A stretch of DNA of 64,000 nucleotides from the human T2T-CHM13v2.0 reference genome, Homo sapiens: NCBI RefSeq assembly GCF_009914755.1, contig NC_060928.1, one strand, 5' to 3'. Both the position numbers and the translations under genes were made by a program. Positions 28,321-42,833 of the stretch are shown here, in pieces. The notes under the pieces are model-generated. The model had not been told where the DNA came from. It worked only from the letters and a program-made list of their open reading frames with translations, and did not search any database. The first letter of the stretch is position 1. Each line of letters begins with the position of its first letter.

Positions 28321-31152
28321 AGACCCTCAAAATATGCATATGTATTCCCATGTAAAAATGTCAGGTTTTCCAATGTTCCTCCTGGACCCAACTGTATAGT
28401 GTTGATTTGCCCTGAGTGAAAGTAGGGAGGTGACAAGAAATAGGAACTAAGTAAGGTTGTTTCTTGTGTGATTTTATGGAATCAAAAAGGGTAGTTGAAT
28501 CAACAGGTTTTGCTTCCACCTGAAATAACATCTTCATTTTGTTCTGCTCTTTCTTAAACATCTGTGATGGTTTAAACTTTTGGGAGTTCAGTTGGATTGT
28601 ATTGAGGGTAAGCTTCCAAGAGGGGACAACTATTGGCCCCAACAAACTATTGCCATAGAATCTTCTAGCACTTAAGTTAGTCCTGATGTTTCTCATAAAT
28701 TCTAGCGATGATCAGCAATTTAGTCTTGAAAGTAGGCCTTTTAACTTTAGTTGTAGGAATCAATGACACAGAATTATTTGCAGCTATATCCTGATTTGAA
28801 GTAGTTTATAAAATTTGCTCATCCTGACTCGCTGTGTACATGGGCTGTGTATAGATCAGTGTGGGAGTGTGTGCTTGCTTCATTTTGAGGACTTTTTATT
28901 ACATAAGCTGAGGAACTTAACTTGAAATTCTACGATATGACTTTTTATTCCTGAAGTGTTGCCAGGGCTTGGCTGATATTTCATGCCAAATTTAAAAAAT
29001 AATATTATTATTTATAAGCAGTTACATTTTACCATGCACAGTCTGATTGTTTGGCTCATTATGACTCATGAGCAGCTGAAATGTGTGGCTTGAATTTTGA
29101 GTCAGTTCATTAGGAAATATTCAGCCAAAAAGCATTTATTGGGGCTCTTCTAGGCCCAGAATATCAAGGAGATTAATGCCGCCAGTAGTAGAGATGACTG
29201 TTAACACTATGACATTTCAAATTTGAATGATACACTATTGAGGTGAGTCAGAAAATGTATCTAGTGATAACTAGTAATAGCTTGACATTGGGAAAATATT
29301 GACTGTTTTATTAATCTTTTAAGAAATATGGACATCTTTGCTATAATTAAAAAGCTGCCATTTATACCTAAATGCATCTATGTTAGGGAAGAGGGATGGT
29401 TTGATAGCTATAAGCTGGTTGGGTCTTTATTCAGAAATTGTGCTGACATTGACTTAGAGCGGTTCCTATAAATGAGGTCCCGATACAGTAACACTGCACT
29501 CATCATTTGGAAGTCAACTCTTGGCTCTTTTTGTTTAATAATATTGCCAGACTTTACAGCTGTACCATAATTTGAAACAATATGAAAACTGTCCTATTTA
29601 CTCATTCCAAGCAAAAGGGCTAATAGTGTTAGTTTTCTTGTCACAAGTTGATTGAATTGAGTAATAACCAACTTAATTCACTCTTCCCTGGTTCTTTTTA
29701 TCAAAACGTTTTCTTCCTTATGCAATCATTTTGATTTAAATTCTTTAAAAACAAAAGAGAAAAACATGCTAACAGTTACTCCTTTATTTTTTATCTGCCT
29801 CAGAATAGTTAAGAAAGGTTATGTTAGGAATTCCTGAAAATGGGGTCATATAAGGGCTTTATATCTTATGCTACCCAAATCCTTTTATGTAAACTGGAAA
29901 AAAAAATCAGATTCTGAATGAAAGCACAGGGAAAAAAGAGTCAGGGCTGATTTTAGCAGTAGCCCAAGAGGATGAATGTATTTTCATCGTACTGCCTTCC
30001 AGAAACAAGGGAGGTATGACTCAAGACCCAGTTGATACCTGTGTACTTTCCCAGGAGGCTGTGTTTATGATTCCTAGGGCCTGTAGATTGCATCTTACAC
30101 AATATTGGATTCTGCTCATTTCTGTTGGTTAATTCAGTCTTCACATTCTCCAGTATAGCTTCTTTTGGCTCAGTTAAGATTTGCACTCCTCTCAGTTTAC
30201 TTCTCCTGTTCCATTAAGGCTTATGTCATTGGCGTCGTAGGAAAGAATTATTTTTTCCTGTTCCCATTACTGTTGTTTTCTTCAATGGTCCTTCTTTGCT
30301 CTCCCCTAAAGGATCTGCCCTCAAACCACTTTACATCTCGACCAGGGTGTGATAGCTCTGCTTGGATGCACTTAAACAAAACATGGGGGAAAATGGAACT
30401 AACTCTCTGTGCTCCCTGCAAGACAGCACCCCTCCCCTGCATTGTCAACACTGCCAGCAGTCTCCTCTCCCATCCATGGGATCCAGTGAGAGGTATTTCG
30501 GTCCCAGATGTTTTAGGGTTAATTTGTGTGCTGCTGTTTCTGCTACATGCTGGTTCATTAGCCCATCTTCTGGCTTTCCTCAAGCCCATGCCTAGATTGG
30601 TGAAACCGTTTCTCTGATTTTTCTCTACACTTGACTTCCATCTCATTTTGCCAGGCCCTGCTCCCTGCTGGGCTGACCTGGCCCTTACCTAAGCCCCACA
30701 CTCATACCTGCTAGCCCATCCGGATAAATGAACTCCATTCTATTGTCTTGCTGTTTGTAGAGGTTCACACAGCTCAAGACATTCTTCACCACCATCAGGT
30801 TATTTCTTCTCCCTTATTACGTTAGACTCCATTGAAGACTCTTAGTCTTCTCAAACTCAGCACTTGAATGATTGCCTGTGTTTGTAAAGCATTTTTACAG
30901 TGTGTATTTTCACCTAGAATGTCTCATTTACAAATGTTTCTAAAATGTATTCAGGCTAGGATTTGAATCCAGGCAGTCTGGCTCCAGAGCCTGTGTTCTT
31001 AAGTTACTAAGTTTTATATTTGGGATAATAGAGAGATGAGAATTTGGACAAAAACTTTTATATATAACCTGTTCCTTTGCTTGCATGGCATTCTATCTCA
31101 TCATGGCCAACATGATCAAAATTTCTCAGCCGAAAATTACTATGTTGCTGGG

Positions 31153-31298
31153 TTTTGTTTTTGTTTTTTTTGTTTGTGTTTTTTGAGACAAGGTCTCACT
31201 ATGTTGCTTAGGCTTGGACTTGATCTTTTGGGCTCAAGCAATCCTCCTGCCTCAGCCTCCTGAGTAGCTGGGACTATAGGTGCAGGCTACTGCCCAGC
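31153..31298 (-). mobile_element. Alu monomer (FLAM_A-like)
   Basis: Single ~130-nt arm with T-rich tail; flanked by ttgctg. Confidence 0.8.
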
Positions 31299-31471
31299 TT
31301 GCTGTTTTTCTTTTTATCAGGAAGTTCCCTTGAAGCTTTAAGCAACCAAACCTGACTTTTTCCTCTCTCACAAATGGCTGGGATTCATTGCCGGATTGAT
31401 CGCTCCACCACTCACTCTTGTGGTCCACCATCTGCCAATGGACTCAGCTTTTAGGGAAAAAAAAAAGGATA

Positions 31472-31748
31472 GGCTGGGTGTGTGGCTCACGCCTGTAATA
31501 CCAGCACTTTAGGAGGCCGGGGCGGGCAGATCATGAGGTCAGGAGTTCAAGACCAGCCTGGCCAAATGGTGAAACCTTGTTTCTACTAAAAATACAAAAA
31601 TTAGCCCGGCGTGGTGGCAGGTGCCTGTAATCCCAGCTACTCGGGAGGTTGAGGCAGAAGAATTGCTTGAACCCAGGAGGTGGAAGTTGCAGTGAGCGAG
31701 ATCTCTGCACTGCACTACAGCCTAGGCGACAGAGCGAGACTCCATCTC

Positions 31749-31777
<29 letters not shown>
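31472..31777 (+). mobile_element. AluS (Sg-like)
   Basis: Full dimer, long pure A tail, TSD aaaaaaggatag. Confidence 0.92.
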
Positions 31778-31781
<4 letters not shown>

Positions 31782-33129
31782 AGCCCTGACACAGGTTGAA
31801 AACCTGTTACATGGATCACAGAGAATGTGCATTTTTAAAAACCAGCCTCATTAGCAGAGATTATTAGCTATGTCCAACTAAGTTCCCTTTTAAAAAAATG
31901 TTTTCTTCTGTATTAAGGCTGTGACCCATAGATCTCATCCTCACAGCGGGGCATTGGAGTTGGTGCAGCTGAGCAGCAATTTATTAAAGGTACAAATTGA
32001 AGATTTCATATGGCACTTGGTCTTCCTCATGCCTCTTGTAGCCAAATATTTTTAATAGTGTCTGAAAAAAGTGTCAAGTTGAAAATTAGAGGATACTAAG
32101 ACATGGAATATAATTAGGTACTGAAGAGATATGATGGCTGTTGTTCTAGGTGCTGAATTGCATATCTCAATCTGCATTTTTCTTTCACTTTTCGGGTTTG
32201 AAGACTTAGATAATCCCAGTATCTACAGAGGTTACTTAAGGATACTAAGTGACATGAGGTTTTATAGTCATAGGGGGAAATAGAGGTAAAATGGGAAACT
32301 AAAACGTTAATATTTAGGGCAGTATTTAAAAAAAGAATATAGTAATTGGGTCAGTTTATATATGTATGCATGTGTATGGGAAAGTCAGTGCATTGGAAAA
32401 GAGAGAAGGTTTTTTGCATTATATTCTAATACCATCATGTGTTAGAATCATGCTTTATAGGTGGGGAAATGAGCAGTAGAGAGGCTAAATGAGAGACCAA
32501 GAGACTCTGGGGAAGTGAGGACAGAGCTGGGATTGAAACACATCCTTCTGGATTCAAGTACACTTGACCTTTGCCTTCTGGCTGAGTGGATGGCAAGAAG
32601 GATCCACCATGTCAAGAGAAAAAATTAAAAGGGAAGATGTTCATCTAGGGGACTAGTGTGATATCACTGACTTTGCACTAAAAAAAATGGTTTAGCTCAA
32701 CTCTGGGGGTTACCAGCTTTGTAACCTAGGTAAGTTGCTGAAGTTGGGGCCTCAAATCTGGAGATCCTCATAGCTAAAGGGAAAGGACTTTTTGAGGATA
32801 AGCTTATCTACCACCTTTGAAGATTGAGATAATGTGCATGACAATATCTGGAACTTGATAAATGTCAAATTCCCTTCTCCTTCCTTTACATATTGATCTG
32901 TAAGTTGTTTAAATTTTTGCTCATGACATTGTTTTCTCCTGAGTCCTCTTTGTCTTAAAAAAACTAACAGAGAGCCATGTTATTATATGCAACATGTAGA
33001 CATAATAAGTTTTTTTTTTTTTTTTTAAATATCAGTTTTGTGTGTTGTAAGGTAACTTCCAGGTAAGTTACCTTATGGCCAAATGGTTTGAAGTCTCATG
33101 GAGCCATGAAAATGTATCTACAATTTGAC

Positions 33130-33419
33130 TTTTTTTTGAGACAAGGTCTCATTCCATTGCCTAGACTGGACTACAGTGGTGCAATCATAGCTCACTGCAG
33201 CCTTGAACCCCTGGGCTCAAGCGATCCTCCCACTTCAGCCTCCTGAGTAGCTAGGATTACAGGAACATGCCACCATGCCTGGCTATTTTTTTTTTTTTTG
33301 TATTTTTTGTAGAGATGGGGTCTTGCTTTGTTGCCCAGGATGGTCTCAAAATCCTGGCTTCAAGTGATCCTCCTGTCTCAGCTTCTCAGTGTCCTGGGAT
33401 AATAGATGTGACCCTGGCC
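33130..33419 (-). mobile_element. AluJ
   Basis: Diverged full dimer (atcatagctcactgcagccttgaac). Confidence 0.88.
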
Positions 33420-34679
33420 TATAATTAACTTTTAAGAAAATAGCAATAGTAGTATAAAGACCAAGAGAAATGGCAAGATGTTAACATCTTATGCCATTTG
33501 TTCTGGTGGCAGTGAATATTTATTTAACATGGCTATTATGCTGTGGAGTGGTTAATGTCCAGATCAGTTCCACATAATGTAAAGCCGACCTCAAGTAGGA
33601 GGAGGATAAATGGGTTAAAGGAAAAAAGACTAGCAGAGGTTCCTGTGGTTTATAAAAAGGAAGTGGTTGAGGGAGAAGATTAATGACTGAGGATTAGTAA
33701 ACCGGGGTTAGCTGGTGCAGTTTTAACGCAGACCTTAAAGGGGGGCAGGGGCCTGCCTTTCTCCAGCCTGGTAGAATGGGAAATATCATTAGAGGGTAAT
33801 AAATATATTTAGTTTAAACTTCAATTCCTTATGTTTACATGAGAAAAGATTAGATTACAGATTTATTATAACTCATTCTCCCAAATATCTGGGAGTAAAT
33901 AAAACATGATATAATCCTGTATTATTCATATTAACAGGATGGGGGGGCAGGAAGAGTGTGTGTGTGGACAACATAGGACAATGAATAGTATGAAAACCAC
34001 TGATCACTGACAGACCCCTCTTCTGTTTTCTTCCTGACCTTCTTGGTTTGACAGCACTAGACGTAGCCGAGTTCTTAGCATGAGAGAAGGGGGTTGAGAG
34101 GGAGAGACAACTCACGTACTACTGAAGTTGATTATCTTAAATTAAAAAACCGTTATCCCGATCTACCCCCTTAAAAACTGTTTTCCTCTCAACTTCTCAC
34201 ATTCCATGAAATATACTTATAAGCCTCTAATGCCTGACTTGATCCTTACCTTAGTGATTAGAGTCAGATGTTTAGACACGCTAGACTAATCTAATGCACT
34301 TTGACTTGGCCGCAGCTAAGACTGTAAATCCGTATGTCAGATACCGGGCGATTGACATTTTTGTTATGACTGTAAATTATGCTGGACCTGGAGCCTGATG
34401 TAAAATTATGCATTATGTCACTGTGTCAACTACTCATCATGGAAGACTTTGTCTAATGTTGGTCCTGAGTGTGAAATTTCATACTCCTAGAATGCCAATT
34501 TCAAATTTAGATGTCACCCATGATGATAAGGTTTTATAATTTGTGCTTTAAAGCAACTTAAATCTTACAAGTGGGTCTCAATATATAAAGAATAAAATTA
34601 ATGCTTTTAAGGAATGTTGTACACGTATTGTGGTCACAATATCTTGAAAAGAAAATGTTGATAAAATGGAAAGTAAACA

Positions 34680-34910
34680 CAATAGAGTGGTTAGGAACAC
34701 GGACTCTGGAATCAAACCTTAGTTTGAGTCCAGGTCTTTCTTGCCGCTTATTAGATGTTTAATCTCTCTTAACCTCATCCCCCCTCCTCCATATATACTA
34801 CAGGAATAACAATATAATACCTGTTTCATAGAGACATTGTGATGGTTAATTGAGGTGACGCATGTAAAGGCTTTAGGCTGGTACCTTGTGAGTGCTCAAT
34901 AATTACTAGC
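34680..34910 (+). mobile_element. MIR
   Basis: gtggttaggaacacggactctggaatca..; gcatgtaaaggcttt..gtgagtgctcaataa. Confidence 0.75.
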
Positions 34911-35479
34911 TACAGTTAACAATAATAATAGAAATAAATATTAAGGGTACCACCCTTAACATCTCAAATTTGTAACCTTCCTGAAAATGCAGAGGGATTA
35001 ATTTCTGTTGTTGTTTTGATGTTGATATTGTAGAACATATTAACTTTTGTCCTTTCGCTCCTGAAAGCCATGTGGAGAATGTCAGTAGTGTGTCCTGAAG
35101 ATGTATTATTGGGAGGTGACCTGATAATGGATTTTTAAAACCATCTAGATAAATAGATAAAATAAAATTCTTTAAACTTTCCATCCCCTCTCTTGCCCCC
35201 TCCCCTCCTTGAAGAGAAATTTTATGGCAATAATATGTATATGATTTCCATGCTGGAACAAATAATCTAAATTATTTGAGGTTTTGAAGCAGCATGCTGC
35301 AGGAGAAAAAGGAGAGGCCCAGGAGTCTGAAACCCAGCCTTGCCCATACAGCTGTCGTCTGCTTTAGGAGACAGGTTTTGGAAGCATCACCAGCTCTGTG
35401 ATGCTTCTGTGACCTTGGTTAGCTATTGTCCTTTATCTATGTGTCTGGTACTGCTATTTGTGTACATGTCCATTATTAT

Positions 35480-35838
<359 letters not shown>

Positions 35839-36080
35839 TCAGGCTGGCGCTGAGTACTGACTTAGTAAAGATTTGTTGAGTGATTGTGTGACCAGCGTCA
35901 AGGTGTGGCTGTAGGCTTACTTTGCTGGGTGGTTTTGGGCAATTTATTTACTCTGAAACCCAATGAACCTCACACCTGATTTGTCTCCTGCAAATAGCTA
36001 ATGTGAGCTCAAATGAATAAATGTAAATAGTTTCTGTAATTTCAAAATGCCAGGCAATAGAAGATTTTAAAACCTGGTCA

Positions 36081-36470
<390 letters not shown>

Positions 36471-36568
36471 ATTTTATCACTAGGTTATTTGTTAAATTAC
36501 TGATGCTACACACACACAATATAGTATTAGGCAGCTGATAATATTTACTGAATGTTTAAATTATGTGC

Positions 36569-37056
36569 TGTTCTACTGTGAATGAACTGGTCTAGGCAAA
36601 CCTATCCCCAAAGGCCAAGGGAGCTGACAGGCCAAAGAAAGAAGCTGACAAACCTAGTTTCTCAGAAAGAAATAGGGACTTACAAATAGAACCAGTGTCT
36701 CCGGCAGCTGAGAGATGGTGGATCCCTGCACTTGGCCTGCAAAAAATATCTTTACATAGCAAGCTTTTAGGGCAAAGACATGTGCAACTGGTCATTTCTA
36801 AGACTTTTTTGTGAAATTTGTGACTTTTGGGGAGGTTAGATACCCATCTTTATGAGGGGTTATCTGTGCTATAGGCATTGCTTCTTTGTGAGGGGTTATC
36901 TATGCTATAGGCATTGTTTCTTTGTGAGGGGTTATCTATGCTATAGGCATTGTTTCTTTGTGAGGGGTTATCTATGATATGGGAACACATTGGTCATCAC
37001 AGAGGTTTTGTTTCAAGATCGAGTCACTCCGGGTGAAAACAGCCTGTTTTCCTGCA
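36569..37056 (-). mobile_element. ERV1-class solo LTR inserted into an antisense MIR
   Basis: TG...CA ends; ggccaaagaaagaagctgacaaacctagtttctcagaaagaaa..gggacttac recalled as MER4-group LTR; MIR sequence (atttactgaatg..tatgtgc / caggccctgttctaagc..ctcatttaatc) resumes on both sides. Confidence 0.6.
36847..36980 (+). repeat. 36-bp tandem repeat, ~3.7 copies
   Basis: Unit tctttgtgaggggttatctatgctataggcattgtt at 36847, 36883, 36919 and (partial) 36955. Confidence 0.95.
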
Positions 37057-37310
37057 TGCACCAGGCCCTGTTCTAAGCATTGAACAAATATCTCATTTAA
37101 TCTTTACAACACCCCTTTGAAATCCAGATCCAGAGTCCTCAGTTTACAGATGAAGTAGAAACTGTGTGACTGGCACAGGAAGAGGTGCGCTGTTTTGGGC
37201 ATCAATCAGAAGCAAGCTGAAGAGCCATTTATTAAGCATAGGAAAAACAACCCTGATAGGCGATCCATCCAAGAATTAGTAGTCGTTATCTCTGGAGACT
37301 AGATTTCTGA

Positions 37311-37679
<369 letters not shown>

Positions 37680-38585
37680 TAATGAAATAAAGCAATAAAT
37701 GATCATTCACTTTGGAACTATCCATTTTCTTAAAAAGAAGTAGCCAAGAAATGAAATGTTAACATAACTGAAATGTTAATGTAATTATTTGTCATTTTGG
37801 CAATGAAAGTTGTTTAATTCGAGCTAAAATAGTGCATTTGAAACAAAAGAGAGCTGCCCCTACCCACTACTTTTCTTGTTTTCTGGGTCTCAGCAATTCA
37901 CTTGCATTTGACTTTCATTTATCATATTTGTGAGGATAGGTGAAGTTTTAGCGAATAAGTCATGTAGTATTAAATCTCAGTGACTGTAAAAAAGACTACA
38001 GCTTTCCAGCCAGAAATGCCTCTTTCCATAAGGGAACAAATTCTCTGACTTTCAAAAATTTAATATAACAAAAGACTCTATTCTAGATTGTATGGAAGTT
38101 GTAAATTTTAATTACATCTGCGTTTTTCTCCATTCACCTGGTGTGAAGAGGGAGGGACTCAACCTGGGTGAGCAGCTATTTAAGCATCTGGCACAGGAAT
38201 CTTGGTCAGCCACATGCATGTACAGGACTATAAAAAAGTCCAGGTTTGCGTTGGGAGTCCATCACTAAGTGTTTATGTGCCAGTGAAGTCACCAGGCCTT
38301 CAACACCCACAGCCAAGAGCTGTGCCGAGAGAAGCAGGCTGCCGCTCCTGCAGTCTGGTTGACAAGCCTCCGTGCCCGGCACCTGCGCCTTGTTGCCTGT
38401 GGGATTCCAACTCTGATTGTTGCCTCAGAAACTGTTGTTACCACAGAACTTTCTCACACTCACTGGCCCAGACGTTTGCAGAATTCCAGGGCTAGTGTGT
38501 GGTTAGGCAGCCAAATTCCAATTTTAGAATGCTGCTTGTGACCATGAAACTCTGTTAACTCAGGCTTTTAAAGGGCTGACACGGT

Positions 38586-38612
38586 GAGAGATAGAGAGAG
38601 AGAGAGAGAGAA
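38586..38612 (+). repeat. (GA)n microsatellite
   Basis: gagagatagagagagagagagagag. Confidence 0.9.
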
Positions 38613-38872
38613 ACTGTGTTGGGGAGGAAACAGTATGAAGATGAACAAACAAGCAATTGTTTATTGTTCTCAACTAGAGAACAAACATATATTTTGATCT
38701 CCATAGGATATGAGTGTTAGCAGTGATAAAACATAGGTATTTGAAATGTGGAATGATGCTGGAATCTTAAGTCATCCACATTTCACAAAGGATTGTGTTA
38801 AAATTCTTTCAGAAAGGTAGAGGGCTTATTTCACTTCTGAATTTCCAGTCACTTCACAATCTGCCTCAGTAA

Positions 38873-39264
<392 letters not shown>

Positions 39265-39327
39265 TAAGTTTTTTTTAATGCCTACAATAACCCTTTCTCC
39301 TTGTGAAGCTTATGGAAGAGCCTACAT

Positions 39328-39627
39328 TTTCTTCCTTTCCTTTCCCCTTCCTTCCTTCCTTCCTTCCTTCCTTCCTTCCTTCCGTCCTTCCTTCCTTCCT
39401 TCCTTCCTTCCTTCCTCCTTCCTTTCTTCCTCCTTCCTTCCTTCCTTCCTTCCTTCCTCCTTCCTTCCTTCCTTCCTTCCTTCCTTCCTTCCTTCCTCCT
39501 TCCTTTCTTCCTCCCCTCCTTCTTTTCTTCCTTCCTGCCCTTTTCCCTCCTCTCCTTCCTTTCTTCCTCTCTGCCTTCCTCCTTTCTTCCCTTCCCTCTT
39601 CCCTCCCTCTCTTCCTCCCTCCCTCCC
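39328..39627 (+). repeat. (TTCC)n / polypyrimidine microsatellite inside an L2 fragment
   Basis: About 300 bp almost pure C/T; the KEGRKEG and PSFLPSF ORFs are artefacts of this repeat. Confidence 0.97.
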
Positions 39628-39689
39628 ATGCCATTCTGACAGGTATTATTATCAGCATTGAGGATATAACTTCGAACCAGATGGAAAAG

Positions 39690-39910
39690 TTTCCTTGCCC
39701 TCAAGAAACTGACATTTTGGTGCAGATAAACAGATAATACATACTAAATAAGAACTTCAGAAATATTAAGTGCTATGAATAAAACTAAACAAGGTAATGT
39801 GATAGAGGGGCTGATAAATGTGGATGAGGGGGGCCTTCTACTCTTAATTGGGTGCTCTAGGCAAGCTTCTCTGTGGAGCTGGCCCTTCAGCTGAGACCTG
39901 AATGTTGAGA
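39690..39910 (-). mobile_element. L2 fragment
   Basis: ccttgccctcaagaaactgacatt..; taagtgctatgaataaaactaaac; cagctgagacctgaatg. Confidence 0.7.
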
Positions 39911-40849
39911 AACTATGGGAAATACTGTCAGCCAGACCTGAGGGCTTCCATTTTCCGTGTGTCAGTGGTGGCAGGTGGGGCAGGATGGTAATACCTACCT
40001 CACAGGATGATTGGGATTAACTGAGGTAACATGCCAAAATGCCCAGAATAGTGCTTTGGTACTTAATAGCCTTGAATTATAATAGTAGAACTTAAAAAGG
40101 TTCCCACCCCCATTTTTCATGCCTGTTGAAGTATTCATCATATCATCTGTATAAAAATCTGCCAGATATAGAGGTCAGAATAAAAGATCTATCAGAGCCA
40201 TGCCTTGGATTCAGGGTGTAGGACCAGACAAGATGATGCCAGAATATAGCCCTGCCTCTTGAGATTACCAGTGGGGTTAATTATGTTCCTTTATTTGCCA
40301 ACTTTATTTCAGGAGTTGGCTGGAGCTTGGTTATTTGATGGATGAGTTGGACATAGGACTTCCCAATATGAACCACGCCTTAGGTTGACTTAACCCGATT
40401 CCTCCTCCCCAAGGAGGTGAGATGCAGGGACCTCTGAAGGCAGGGCCAACGTGCTGGCCTCCGGAGGCCCTTGAGATATGCTCACATGCTTGGCAGGTCC
40501 TCCACTGAAATTCTCGAGTTCTGCTCTGCAGAGCATGGAAGAGATGGCTTTGGCCTGGAAATTTGATGGCAGGTGTTACCTTGTGGCTGCCAAGAGCTTG
40601 ATGATAGAGATTCCTCATTGCAAGAACGCTGGAGAAAGCACATTTTACTGTATGTGGGCCAATTTGAATTTCTTCTTACTAGTTGGTAATTGTTGTAGGC
40701 TCTGCTTCAAAAAGGTGCATACAAGGCTTACTCAAGTAACACATTTGTAACTAACGCTTGAGTTTGTATAGCGTGTACACCTTGACCTGGATCTTTGGGC
40801 CTTACTGCAACCTTGGGGGTTGTTAGGGCCGGCCCCAAGAATCGTATCC

Positions 40850-41075
40850 CCAAGTAGTGTGGCATACTGGTTAAGGGGTATTGATATTCTGAAGCTAGAC
40901 TTCCACGGGGTTGGATCCAGGTTCTACCACTAGCAGTGAGATCCTGGTTAACATATTTACCTACTCTGTGACTTGGTTCCTTATGGTAAAGTGGAGATCA
41001 TTGTGCCCACCTCATAGGAGTGCTGTGAGAAGTGAGTTACTCTATGTAAGCTCCTTAGAGTCATACCTGGGTGTG
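40850..41075 (+). mobile_element. MIR
   Basis: tggttaag..ttctgaagctagac..ttggatccaggttctaccactagcagtg..; cctcataggagtgctgtgaga. Confidence 0.75.
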
Positions 41076-41563
41076 AACCAAGACTTAAATGGCGGGGAGA
41101 GAGAGACTTAAGAGGTCAGATCGCTGATTCAGGTGAGCAGATTTGCAGAGTTGAGACTCAAACACAAGTCTGATTCTAAGTCTAGTAATCTTCCTACTTT
41201 TTCTTATGTTTAACAGTTATTGGTTATGATTTTAAAACATAAACTCAGAAAGAAGCATAGGAAGATATTTAGGATCCTAGTAATAGAATCACACACTATT
41301 TGAAGTAGTGGTACTGTTATCTCTCCTTTACATATGGGGAAACTGAGGTATATTGCAGTTGTTTTGCAATGACCTGATGTTACTTTGGTTGATATTTTTA
41401 GTATGCCATTGGTCTTTTCATTTCTGGATCCTAATTTTATAAGCAATGTAAAAAGCATAAGACTGAAAGTGTTATTTCCAATATTAAAATTAAATGAACT
41501 GTCCTGTGAGGCAAAACTATAAAAGAATACGATTAAAAAGATGAATTAGCAATTCAGATATCA

Positions 41564-41918
<355 letters not shown>

Positions 41919-41990
41919 TCAATGGTGCTGTCATTCGTCAAATATACCTGAAACTTCTCTTTGGAAATTACCTTAACAATGGGTATCACC

Positions 41991-42263
41991 TTATTTTATT
42001 TATTTATTTTTTTGAGATAAATGAGTGATCTCGGCTCACTGCAACCTCCACCTCCCAGGTTCAAGCGATTCTTGTGCCTCAGCCTCCCAAGTAGCTTGGA
42101 TTATAGGCGCGCATCACCATGCCCAGCTAATTTTTGAATTTTTAGTAGTGACGAGGTTTCACGGCATTGCCCAGGCTGGTCTTGAGCTTCTGATCTGAAG
42201 TGATCTGCCTGCCTCGGCCTCCCAAAGTGCTGGGATTACAGGTGTGAGCCACCGTGCCAGGCC
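41991..42263 (-). mobile_element. AluS with a deletion of about 30 nt near its 3' end
   Basis: gagataaatgagtgatctcggc junction; TSD ggtatcaccttatttta (41982, 42270). Confidence 0.9.
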
Positions 42264-42514
42264 AGGTATGGTATCACCTTATTTTAAATATGCTTTAAAG
42301 GTTAATATTAATTTTTTTAAAAGAAAAAATTTACTTCAGCCTCAATTTAGTAAAAATGTAGACATTACTTGATACCTTTTTCCTTCTTCAGATATAGAAA
42401 GCAGCTTCAAAGGTAGTGCAAGAAAATGGTATATAATCAATTTGGGACTAAAAAGCTGTTTAGCTTGTGTGGCCAGATTGTGGTTTTCCTGTGTGGCTCT
42501 AGCAGATACGGACA

Positions 42515-42833
42515 TTTCTTTTTTCTTTCTTTCCTTTTTTATTTTTTCTTTGATAAAGGGTCTTGCTCTGTCACCCAGGCTGCAGGGCAGTGACACAATC
42601 ATGGCTCACTGCCGCCTTGACCTCCTGGACTCAAGTAATCCTCCTGCTTCAGCCTCCTGAGGAGCTGGGATTGCAGGTGTGTGCCACCACACCCAGCTAA
42701 TGTTTTCAATTTTCTGTAGAGATGGGGTTTCGCTATGTTGCTTAGGCTGGTCTTGATCTCCTGGGTTCAAGTGATCCTCCGCCTTGGCCTCCCAAAGTGC
42801 TGGAATTACAAGTGTGAGCCACCGTACCCAGCC
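42515..42833 (-). mobile_element. AluJ
   Basis: Full dimer with J diagnostics. Confidence 0.9.

Noticed and set aside
30165-30646. Overlapping 150-aa and 132-aa ORFs in unique sequence
   Set aside because: No recognisable domain, at least one non-ATG start, no flanking splice signals; length compatible with chance
36847-36980. 36-bp repeats of CRISPR-like length
   Set aside because: Units are contiguous with no unique spacers, lie in a primate LTR, and there are no cas genes
39275-39737. 127-144 aa low-complexity ORFs on both strands
   Set aside because: Translation of the (TTCC)n microsatellite
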